Shown in pieces: positions 1 through 10,673 of a stretch of 64,000 nucleotides of DNA (position 1 is the stretch's first letter; the number at the start of each line of letters is the position of its first letter). A program made the position numbers and the translations under genes. Below the pieces are notes generated by a model that was not told the origin of the DNA, ran no database searches, and saw nothing but the letters and a program-made list of their open reading frames with translations. Source of the DNA: Eledone cirrhosa (lineage: Eukaryota); NCBI GenBank assembly GCA_964016885.1, contig OZ024740.1, forward strand, positions 20,894,001 through 20,958,000, read 5' to 3'.

Positions 1-640
1 TTCGCACGTTTTTGCTACTCTGGCAAAACTCAGGGTAGTTTTCTTAATGTCATTGTTACTGTTGTTGTTATCGTTATTTTTGCTATTGTTAATTTTAGTT
101 TCAGTTGTGGTGTTCGGTGTGGAAGAGTTCATTTTGGTTGAATTCATTTCGATATCACGAGTTAATTTATTTTTTCTTTTGTTTCTGTTGTCGCTGTGGT
201 GGTGGTGGGGGTGGTGGGGGTGGTGCTTGTCGCGGTGGTGGTGGTGGTGGCTGCTTTAACACCTGCAGTCATTGGTAATGGCGGGAAATGAACGTCTGCC
301 TGAGACAAATTTAAAATATTGCTACTGCTTACATTTCCAGTGTTGGCAAACGTAGCAATATTTACAATGGTGGTGTCGGTGTGAGGTGTTAGATTGTGAG
401 GAAGGAGTGACTCTGAGTCATCCATTATTTTTCAAAGAAAAATTTTTGTTTGATAATTATAAAAAGTTTAAATTTTGGGCTCAAGGCCCCAATATTTTTG
501 AGTGTCCTTTTCAGAAATCAATGTATGTGCACTTATATACAATTAACAATAAACATTTTCCATAAATGGCAATTTTAAACAACTAAAAATAACAAACCTT
601 TGCGGAGCTCACGATGATAAGATTTACTACGTAGGTCGCC
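1..640 (-). mobile_element. Possible 5' end (UTR + frameshifted ORF1 N-terminus) of a non-LTR retrotransposon running off the window
   Basis: Thr/Asn-rich ORF 425->162 continues after a frameshift into '...KKTTLSFARVAKT', reminiscent of LINE ORF1 N-termini; it starts next to an (AAT)n tract. No catalytic motif is visible. Confidence 0.3.
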
Positions 641-678
<38 letters not shown>

Positions 679-1324
679 GAAGAAGAAGAAGAAGAACCCT
701 TTCCTCATATTTCTGGACTTGTGTCTATAACCTAAGGCATTCGCCATTGTAATTATTTCCTTTTCTTGACAGGCATGGTATATCTAGGATTACACTATCA
801 AATGTTCCCTTTTTAAGAGAGTAAAATGTGATTTAAGGGAGATTTTGTCGTTATTTTTATCTGGTCAAGTAACTCCCACCTCACACAAGTAATAATATTT
901 ACTTATGACTCTTAAATTTGTTATTTCCGAATAGATCAATAAAACAAGTTAATGAGGAGGGTGTTTCACTTATTTTGTACCTAATAATTTGGATGGAAAT
1001 GCGTCGAATCAACAACTCTTTTACTATATATACCATACTGTGATATATATTATTACATTCCACTGTGTATTAAGACGCCATCTTTAATTAAGTGAGGTTG
1101 AACGAGTCTCGTTTTGAAATACGGTCAACTGAATTACATCATGAAAGTCTAACTGCTTTATCAGATGTGATTAATCTTCAAAATACTTTTAAATATTATA
1201 GTACGATTTGATGGCTTATGCATCATCTTATTGAAAATACTTAGGGACACCTTCTGTAGGAAAACATAATAGTAATTTACTATAAATATTTTAGTTGCTC
1301 CGGTGTAACTTGTATGTTAATGAA

Positions 1325-1432
1325 ATCTCGGATGGAATGTTCTACAATATTTGTTCTAGCTCTCTGCGCTTTGAATTCTAATACCGCCGAGGTCGGCCTT
1401 TCAGGGTCAATAAAATGAAGTACCAGTTCAGG
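1325..1432 (+). mobile_element. Degraded tRNA-derived SINE fragment
   Basis: 'gccgaggtcggcctttcagggtcaataaaatgaagtaccagt' matches the core of the SINE copies at 37683-38135. Confidence 0.55.
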
Positions 1433-1938
1433 GCGATTAATTAGTGCAACCTTTAGAGCGTCGGACACGTTGTCTTATTTCATTTGTTTCGGCTTTTTGA
1501 ATATCAAATCCCGTGGTGGCCTACTTGGATGGTAATCTTAATCCGCATCTCTGACGTCACCACTTGGGTCTTAGGTGCCTTTAGCATATTCCGGTTTGTT
1601 GCAAATATTCCGACCTGGACTCCACTCTGAGAATACCATCCTCATTCCATTCCACTAGTCTCAGAAAACCTGAAACGTTACAGAGAGTACAGTTGCTTCT
1701 CTGACTAAAGGATTTTTTTAAAAGCATTCGTTTTGGCCCTTTGCGCTCTGAGTGCAAATCCAGTGGAAGTTAACTTTGTCTCATATCCCTTGAGGGATCA
1801 ATATAATTGAGAGATGTGGGAAATTAATATTGACTAAGATTGGAAGTACGATAGGTTCACAAAGCTACTACACCTCACAAATTTACATCATACGTCATAT
1901 ATCACCATTATACTTCACAAATATTTATTACCTTTGTA

Positions 1939-2414
1939 CGAGAGGGCTTCAAAGCTCGTGGAATAAGGACAGTTGGGATAAATGGTTTAAGCTATGATGT
2001 TTATTTTAAAACATATGCTCCATCTATGTCAATACACTTCTGCAAACGTTGATACCAGCTTTTTAAGTCCATCTATGTAAAATTGAGGGCCATGCTCTCA
2101 AAGCAGCTGTTTTTACATTTTCAACTGGGGATCATCTTCAACCTCATCCCTTTCACTCCCAAAACGCCTTATCCATTTGTAGATTGTAGGTTGTTAATTT
2201 CTTCAGGGCATTGTCCCTGTAAATTTGATCCAGAGCATCAATGATTTGGCTGCTCTTCCATCCTCGCTTCACCATGAATATGATGTTTTGATGGAGGCCA
2301 TGTTGTTCGATCGGGTGCTGACTTTCAACTGGCAGCGTCGCATGCAATATGCAGTGTTCATACATAGGACTTTTGGCTGTGTACTTTTCCCCGAACCTTT
2401 TGAAGCTCCCCTCG
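1939..2414 (-). mobile_element. Internally deleted mariner (Hsmar2/irritans-like) element
   Basis: TIRs CGAGAGGGCTTCAAA / TTTGAAGCTCCCCTCG with TA target duplications (1937-38, 2415-16). The minus strand encodes transposase N-terminus 'NIIFMVKRGWKSSQIIDALDQIYRDNALKK' and a C-terminal remnant 'PQFYIDGLKKL'. Confidence 0.8.
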
Positions 2415-2909
2415 TATACTGCAACCACCATATGAATAATCCAGAAAGCTAAGGAAAGAGATAATTTCTTTTCATAGTGACTCAATTTCAATTCAAATCT
2501 GACAAACGATTTCGAATTAATAATTATTGTTGTTGATGATGAATAAAAAGACATAAATCTTGAGTGAAACAGATTCTTGATAAATAAATTCTTTAGTACC
2601 TTAGTTGACGAAACATTGTGTATTTATAAAGCTTAATTTACTGCAGTGAATGTATAATTAATTTCACCAAACTGGTGTCTCGTTGTTGGCATGTATAAAC
2701 ATTGAATTATCTCCTTACTTCATAACGTCAGTCCGTGAGAGTTTAGTCAGCCGACAGATTAGGTTATGCCATAATTTCCATCCGTGAGAAATTTTAATCA
2801 CGAATTAAATACGGCAAGATATTAAAAAGAAATGGAATGAAAATCAAAACAAAAAATACAGCAGCTTGCTAAATATCAACTATTTATATTATGAGAGTTA
2901 CTATTGACG

Positions 2910-3610
2910 TCCAAACGGGTTGCAAAGTTGGGGTGGTAGTTGGGATAAGCTCCCGCTTCCTACAAAATGTCCCATACGGCGCACTTCTCAAATAGCCTCT
3001 GACAACCTAGTCCAGCTCCTGGCTTTCTCGTGTGGCTTAGTCTCTAAGCCCAGCGGTCCTGTTTCAAACCGACAGGAGAAGGGACGAAAGGCGGTTACTG
3101 GCGCCTTACAATAGCCAGTTGCTTCGGGCAGATGGGACTCGTCAACCTTGGTTGGTAGCTCATCTAGGGACAGGAGAACCCTGATTTTAAAACCACCGCT
3201 GCCTTGTGGTATACCCAGTCTTGGCAAAGGCTAAGGGAGTAAACCCCGACAGAAAATCAGGAGCTGGAGTTCCGAAGGCGGTCTGACATCCTAGCGTCAT
3301 TCCGGCAACTTCTGCGACGCTGCTGATGCTAAGCTGTATCGACATCCGTCGTTCCCTTGGGGCCGCTCATCAACCGCGTGGAGAGGGTGTGGTCTGCTGC
3401 CTGGACAACAGCTTGTCCTCTTGAACGTACCTGTCCAGGCCACGTGGCTCCATTGGAGAGGACACTCCAGCGTCACCGCAAGGTGCCGACGCAACACGGG
3501 AAGTGCCATTCACGGGTTGGGTTGTTCAGCCACTCACGCAAGTGCAACCGCTGAGACCCACGCGGAGCTACTCCATCGTCCTACGAAGACGGGCGGATGC
3601 CAAGACGACG
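2910..3610 (+). mobile_element. Non-autonomous bipartite RTE (BovB-like) element: 5' UTR fused to the extreme 3' end
   Basis: 10-bp TSD ACTATTGACG (2900-2909, 3611-3620), RTE-type 5' UTR, terminal coding remnant 'CHSRVGLFSHSRKCNR*', 3' stem-loop and (GAC)n tail. Confidence 0.8.
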
Positions 3611-3964
3611 ACTATTGACGCACATCACAATTTACTAAATTTTTCACGACTTCAATCTAAACCAGGGCCTTCTCATTCCTGCTGGAGGAATCCCTCCCTG
3701 GTTGATCTCCACCACTTTCTGTATGGTTTTCGTCATGTCTTCAGGGTGTAGCCATACTCACTACGCTTGGCTAATTGCGGGTGAGGGAAGCTATTTAACC
3801 CATAGTCTATTTAATCCACCCTTTTAACAGCTCATGCTGCTGGGGTTCCACATACTCTCCTCACCAAACCAAGGTGTGTTGGGGAAGGGGGCGGGGGGCT
3901 TAGTCACCGACCACTCAACCATGCTATCTTATATCTTTATGTTAACAGTATTCTGTGTTTCTAG

Positions 3965-4215
3965 TTGTAACGCTGTCCCATATTTTAATGGTAACGCTGT
4001 CCCATATTTTAATGGTAACGCTGTCCTATATTTTCAATGGTAACTCTGTCCCATATTTTAATGGTAACGCTGTCCTATATTTTCAATGGTAACGCTGTCC
4101 CATATTTTAATGGTAATGCTGTCCCATATTTTAATGGTAACGTTGTCCTATATTTTAATGGTAACGTTGTCCCATCTTCTAACGGCAACGCTCTGTCATA
4201 TTTTAATGCAAATGC
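3965..4215. repeat. Minisatellite, ~24-bp unit AATGGTAACGCTGTCCCATATTTT
   Basis: About 10 tandem copies, decaying to ~4420. Confidence 0.9.
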
Positions 4216-4529
4216 AGCCACATATATGTAATACTAATCTTGTCTCACGCAGTACTAACGTTTACCTATATTTTAATACTAACATTTCCCCCCTAAACCA
4301 TTATATCAAAGTTTTACCGTAGTTTTACTGTTAACGATGTCTCATATTTTAATACTAGCATTGTCTCCTGCTTTAACTGTTAACACTGTCCCCCTACTTT
4401 CAGCCTTCGCTTTGTCCCATAGATTTAATGTTAATCTTCTATCCAAATGTTAGTGTCAGTGTGGCCCTTTTTGTTTAATATTGACGTCAGGGAAAATATA
4501 TTTATTTAGTTAGTAGTTCGGTAATAACT

Positions 4530-4700
4530 CTTTTTACTTTTGGCATAAGACCAGCAATTATTCCAGTGTATTACTGGTACTTTATTTTATCGATCCCGTA
4601 AGGATGAAAGGCAAAGGTAGCCTCGGCGGCATTTGAACTCAGACAATAAAGGGCCGTAACTCTTTGCTGAAAAGCATGGCGTCAGACCATCAATAACGTT
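4530..4700 (-). mobile_element. tRNA-derived SINE (Meta-domain-like core)
   Basis: Reverse complement of the SINE at 37905-38135 (B-box GAGTTCAAAT, 'tttgcctttcatccttacgggatcgataaaataaagtaccagt'). Confidence 0.75.
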
Positions 4701-5492
4701 ATTGAGTAAACCTAGGTTAGCTCTGGTCTGGTTAAACAGTCATATAGTATGCAGGTAGTTGATCAAACGATGAAACGTGACTAACAGATCCATTTCGGTT
4801 TCACAATGTCTCTGAATAATTGAGGGCTTTACTGCACACTCAGGCATATAGTGATAAATGCTCTGTGACGCAATGTCACACTCAGAATATGTTCTACTCT
4901 TTCCAATGTCCAATCTATTTTTGTAAACCTGTAGGTTGAAGAAGAGGGCAAAAGGAAAGAAGGAGCACTTGCACAACATGCTCCTGGAGTCGAGGGTTGT
5001 TCTATATACGGGGTATAAAACAACCCATTTCTAACACCTCCCCCCTATTGGGGATTTCGATTGTTGAATTTGTTTTAAAAATATTTTTACACGATTGTAT
5101 GTAAAATCCCCGACGTATGTCTTTGTATTATCCCCTTTCTCGTGCGCCCTTGTGGCAAATAAAGAAATAAATCTATTTTTAAACGTCCTTAGATACTTGA
5201 CATTCAAGTATCCAAGATCGTAAACCATTCTAGCCAACATTTTAACGTCTCTGCCAATTTGCAGTCTTGTGGATGTAGCACACTTCTTGTCATCCTCCTC
5301 TTTCACTCTTTTCTATATTTCACCCATCCTGTGGTTTGTCTCTCTGTTGACCATTGGTCACTGGTCTCTGTCCTCTGAGGTATTTTTACCCATCACTGTC
5401 ATTGACAGCATTTAGCTGTTTTAACAGCTGTTCTAGTGATCATTTTTCTCATTTTTATATGTATTCATATTTTTTTTTCTACGTATTCATTT

Positions 5493-5923
<431 letters not shown>

Positions 5924-5964
5924 CTCATATTTATATATTATTGTTATCTCTTCTCTTGTTCCAG

Positions 5965-6107
5965 TGGAATGATTCGAAGCGAGGTATTACAAGTGGGTTT
6001 GTGGTTTCTGGATTCGCTGCAGGAGCATTTATTCTCAACCAAGCTATAACTGCTATTTTGAACCCAAACAACGACTCTCCCACACTAGAGAGTAGCAGTG
6101 GAGAAAG
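5965..6107 (+). CDS. Internal coding exon A of an OFA/MFS transporter gene (WNDSKRGITSGFVVSGFAAGAFILNQAITAILNPNNDSPTLESSSGE-R)
   Basis: Pyrimidine tract + ccag acceptor and AG|gtaagg donor; 143 nt, phase 0 to 2. The peptide resembles the OFA-family 'W.P..KG...G..V.GFG.G.FI......INP.N' segment. Confidence 0.88.
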
Positions 6108-6277
6108 GTAAGGTAACTCCTAATTTTACTTTTGTTTTTGTATCAACCCCTAATCTCCGATAGAGTCGTAAGGGTGGCGTGGTGACATACGGTGTAGCTT
6201 GAGAATTTAAAAACCTGGCGGGTTAATCCATCTAGTATTCTAATTAGTTTAGAACACTGGATTAACCCTTTTATTTC

Positions 6278-6312
6278 CCTCTGAAGAAGAGATATTATCT
6301 CGAAATATAAGG
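6278..6312 (+). ncRNA. Minimal hammerhead-like motif
   Basis: CCU-CUGAAGA-A-GAGAU(AUU)AUCUC-GAAA-UAUA-AGG. The core and stem II are good; stems I and III are very short. Confidence 0.5.
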
Positions 6313-6406
6313 ATATTCAAATAAATTTAAGGTAAAAGACTAATTGTCAGCGATATCTTTTGCATTTGTATTTATATTCTATATCCATACCTGCATTGTT
6401 CTGGTC

Positions 6407-6471
<65 letters not shown>

Positions 6472-6759
6472 AGTATGTCCATAGAATCATTTGCTAATAT
6501 ATATACACCATTTCCTCTCCCAATTAGCATAATCACCACACAAAAAAATCAAATAAACCAGGCTATAAGATTAAAAGGCACCTATGAAGAAACAGTAGAT
6601 AAATAAACGACAGCAATTTATTCGCAATCAACCGCTATAGAATATTTACCCAAGATTTCAATAGCACGTGGAAATAGATTAAATATACCGTCAACCATAC
6701 ACAATTAGGTATAAAATTAAAGTTAGAAGAAAAAATCCATATACACATACCAGGATTAC

Positions 6760-6840
6760 GTTTCTACCCTTAGGGTTTCGTTCGCTTTCGGAAATATCCT
6801 ATCAAGGATAAAATCTCGAGCCTCGAACTCATCAGGAAAC
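6760..6840 (-). ncRNA. Type I hammerhead ribozyme with extended stem II
   Basis: Minus strand: GUUUC | CUGAUGA | GUUCG...CGAAC | GAA-ACCC-UAA-GGGU-A^ | GAAAC. All three stems pair and the core is intact. Confidence 0.85.
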
Positions 6841-7053
6841 AAACTCATTTGGACAATGAACTTTCTTAAGTGATCCCCGCCAGAAACGAATTCAAAATGG
6901 CCAAGAACTGTGACGTGGCAGTGGCCAAGTCAGAAAGAATGTGATTGGTGGCTTACGGCGAGTGGGCTGGTTGTTAGAAAGCGCAGCCCAATATTGCCCA
7001 ATATTGCCCAAATTGCATCTCAACCTTATGGGAGATTATCAAATATATATATA

Positions 7054-7084
<31 letters not shown>

Positions 7085-7264
7085 GTGTATATACATATAT
7101 ATATAAAACTAACAAATAGTTTTATCGCTCTACATGGCTGAATACAATAAATGTAATCTGAGTTTTCGAATATTAATAATAATATTCGATTCCTTTGCAA
7201 TTATGTAACGGCCACTTACGCCATGTCAGTAGAATGAGCCCCTTGTGTTGGCATATAAACAGAA

Positions 7265-7310
7265 CGGCAAACACTAATGTTTCTGTGTGATAACCCTTCA
7301 TCAGTACCGT
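7265..7310 (-). ncRNA. Type I hammerhead-like motif within a ~400-bp direct-repeat unit
   Basis: Minus strand: CGGUA | CUGAUGA | AGGGUUAUCACACA | GAA-ACA-UUAG-UGU-U^ | UGCCG. Stems I and III pair; stem II is degenerate. Confidence 0.6.
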
Positions 7311-7576
7311 ATACTGTTTACCTGCCAACTGTCAGAGCTAGTGAAAATATGTGCTATTGTCTGGCATATACAGTGACTGATCGGCCTGATCTGTCAAATC
7401 TGCATACTAGCAGACCCACTGATCAGCCAGATTTGCATATCAGCAGATAGGCCAGTCAGTTTTATGTATACGAGCGATTAATAGTCGGCTTTGCCATATT
7501 CAAATAACAAATAAATTTATCGCTCAACATGGCTGAATACAATAAATGTAAATCTGAGTTTTTCGAATATCAATAA

Positions 7577-7777
7577 TTGTTTCTATTTTTGGCACAAGAC
7601 CAGCAATTATCCCAGTGTATTACTGGTGCTTTATTTTATCGATCCCCCCCCCCCCCATAAGGATGAAAGGCAAAGTTAACCTCGGCGAGATTTGAACTCA
7701 GACCATAAAGGGGCGTAACTCTTTGCTGCAAAGCATGGCGACAGACCCTCTACCGATACTGCCAATTCACCCCCCTA
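7577..7777 (-). mobile_element. tRNA-derived SINE with target-site duplication
   Basis: Same family as 4530-4700; 14-bp TSD TCGAATATCAATAA (7563-7576, 7778-7791). Confidence 0.85.
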
Positions 7778-7925
7778 TCGAATATCAATAACAATATTCG
7801 ATTCGTTTGCAATTATGTAAACAGCCTCTTACGCCATGTCAGTAGAATGAGCCCATCATTCTTGCTCTTGTGTTGACATATAAACAGAACGGCAAACACT
7901 AATGTGTCATATATTTCTATTTTAG

Positions 7926-8049
7926 ATATTTTCAACAGCCTGACATCCTTGACCGTGTACCGGCCATTTTCTGGATGCTGGGCTCAGTCTACGCTTCCAT
8001 GCAACTGGTCGGTGTTTTACTGTTAAAAAGACCGAAAATTAAAAGAAAG
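7926..8049 (+). CDS. Internal coding exon B of the OFA/MFS transporter (YFQQPDILDRVPAIFWMLGSVYASMQLVGVLLLKRPKIKRK)
   Basis: ttttag acceptor and AAG|gtcagt donor; 124 nt, phase 2 to 0, joining exon A in frame (AG+A = Arg). Contains the 'YF.Q.D.L.RVP..F' motif and a transmembrane helix followed by basic residues. Confidence 0.9.
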
Positions 8050-8219
8050 GTCAGTTATGTATAAAGTTTTACACCCCTCACACCACAAACGCCCATACAC
8101 ACACACACACACACACACATACAAAGACAAACCCCCCCACACACACACGTGGGGGCAGACCTCTGTTATGTTGAACGTTGTAGACGGCAGCTTGATGAAA
8201 TCTATTTTAGAGACGTTGG

Positions 8220-8237
8220 AGAGAGAGAGAGAGGGAG

Positions 8238-8286
<49 letters not shown>

Positions 8287-8392
8287 GGGAGAGAGAGAGG
8301 GAGAAAGAGCGAGAGAGAGAGAAAGCAAGAGAGAGAGAGAGAGAAAGCGAGCGAGAGAGAGAGAAAGCAAGAGAGAGAGAGAAAGCGAGAGC

Positions 8393-8426
<34 letters not shown>

Positions 8427-8463
8427 AAGCGAGAGAGGGGAAAAGAGAGGGAGGGAGAGAGAG
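8220..8463. repeat. (GA)n-rich microsatellite
   Basis: Directly visible. Confidence 0.95.
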
Positions 8464-8477
8464 AATCGAGTCCACAC

Positions 8478-8610
8478 TACTGGAATGGTATTTTTTATTG
8501 ACCTTGAAAGGATTTGACCTCGGTGTGTATTGAACTCAGGTGCAGAGAGCCAGAACAGATACCACGAAACATTCTATCCGACGTCTTAATGACTGCTAAT
8601 TCACCGCCAA
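8478..8610 (-). mobile_element. Degraded tRNA-SINE
   Basis: 'ttattgaccttgaaagg..gacctcgg..tgaactcag..ctaattcaccgcc' resembles the reverse complement of the SINE family. Confidence 0.55.
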
Positions 8611-8827
8611 ATTATGTGACATATATATTTGACATTTTCACATTTCTCATGATACGAGCTCAAATGATAAGAATTGAAGATAAAACTGACAACACTATGA
8701 CATTGATAAGTAGATAACGTTAAACAGAATACAGACTTTAGTTGTTATTTAACCGTAGGTCATGTTCCTATGATCAGAAACATTCTAGCCATCACTATCC
8801 CATCTTAGTTTTTTTTTATCATACTGT

Positions 8828-9427
8828 CTAGGGCGGGTAAAATTGCCGAGATCCATGGACGGGTTCTCTCCAGCAGTCTCTGTCTCTCATTATTGCTGCA
8901 ATGTCCTGCGTCTCCAACAGACCAGTGTCTGTCCTTAGGGCATCAACATATGTTAACCTCGGTCTTCCTATTCCAGTGTGTCCTTGCAGGGGCTCCCACA
9001 GGAGCACTGAGTGCAGTGTCAACTCTGGATGTCGGTGAGCATGTCCAACTAACCTCAGGAGAGTTAATGCGAAAAAGATATCGGATGCTGATTTTTCCGA
9101 CGACATAGTTCTGGTGACAAACACAGTGAAGGAGGCAGAGGATTTGATGCAGGAGGTGGAGACTGTGTCGATGGGTGTGGGGCTGAGAATGAATGAGATT
9201 AAGACAAGGTATTTGGTAGAGAATATTAAGAAGCCAGAGAAGATTACTAATGTAGGCGGGAAGCCGCTAGAATTGTTTGAGGACTTCTTGTATTTGGGAG
9301 CAAAGATTGGGAATACGGAAGATGATGTGGTCGAGAGGAAGAGCAAAGCCCGAGTGGCGTGCCACAGCTTGAGATCGGTGTGGAAGTCGGACCTTCGTAA
9401 AGACCTGAAGACCCGTCTCTTCGTTGC
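8828..9427 (-). mobile_element. 5'-truncated, 5'-inverted RTE-like LINE insertion
   Basis: 11-bp TSD TATCATACTGT (8817-8827, 9428-9438). The C-terminal ORF part is on - (8828-9052, 'LVGHAHRH..GRPRLTYVD') and the RT part is on + (9053-9427, 'DFSDDIVL..FLYLGAKI'). Confidence 0.8.
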
Positions 9428-9599
9428 TATCATACTGTATGTAACATTAACTGCATTGGTCTAAGCCAATATTTGCAAACTTTTTCAATCTGGATTATGG
9501 AAATTTTAATTTTTAAAATAATCCTATTATATCAGTATCATGTACATGCAATCATCACTTTCATCATCATCATCATCTGCATCATCATCATCATCCGCC

Positions 9600-9888
<289 letters not shown>

Positions 9889-9914
9889 TTGTCGTATCTC
9901 GCTTTGCTCTTTGC

Positions 9915-10060
9915 TTCTGTATCGACCTTGGAAACCATGGGTGGCGTGGAAGCTTGCATGCATGGGCGACTATTGGTCTTCCACAAAACACTTTACTAAA
10001 GTTTGTGCCTTAGAAATTAGCTTTCCGTGTGCATACTTATGACCAGCCATGACCAAAGGG
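9915..10060 (+). mobile_element. 3' fragment of the SINE family seen at 33450-33735
   Basis: Shared 'tgcatgggc..ggtcttccacaaa..ttgtgcct..ctttc' sequence. Confidence 0.55.
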
Positions 10061-10242
10061 TTATTTAAATATATATATATATATATACATTTATGTTTTG
10101 TGGTTTACCAATGGATAGAATTAGTCATATAGTTTAGTTAACCATGAAGTAGTTGTAGGAAAAGCACTCTACGTTATGCAACTCATCCATCGTTGATGTT
10201 TAATCTCGTGGCTGGTGCAGGAACGCAATTAAATATTAATTT

Positions 10243-10617
10243 AATTAAAACAACAGGAAGTCGGACTGGGGATATACTTTTAAAGTTTTATTGCTGCAAA
10301 ATTACTATATATATATCAATGGTCAGGTTACGTAAAGCCTTTGGCGACATCATCAGGTTCGGATTGCATAATTAGCTAATCAATAAAAGGAATTACGGCA
10401 ATTATGGTCTGCCGCTGTAATAACACCGATGTCGCGGGTCATCTCCGAATCAAATACTTTCTCTATTCTCTGTTTATGTTTGACGTAATTCCGTTTATTA
10501 ATTAACTAATTATGCAGTCCGAACCTGATGATGTCGCCAGGTCCTTACGTAAGCAGGTCATTGAAATACTAAAACTTCAAAAGTATATCCCCAGTCCGGC
10601 CTCCTGTTGTTTTAATT
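10243..10617. repeat. Fold-back inverted repeat (~150-bp arms), each arm with a CUGAUGA core
   Basis: Arms 10243-10401 and 10480-10617; CTGATGA at 10525-10531 with GAAA at 10563-10566. Confidence 0.8.
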
Positions 10618-10625
10618 CAATTATA

Positions 10626-10669
<44 letters not shown>

Positions 10670-10673
<4 letters not shown>

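Noticed and set aside
1280-1468. 62-aa minus-strand ORF
   Set aside because: Antisense translation of a degraded SINE.
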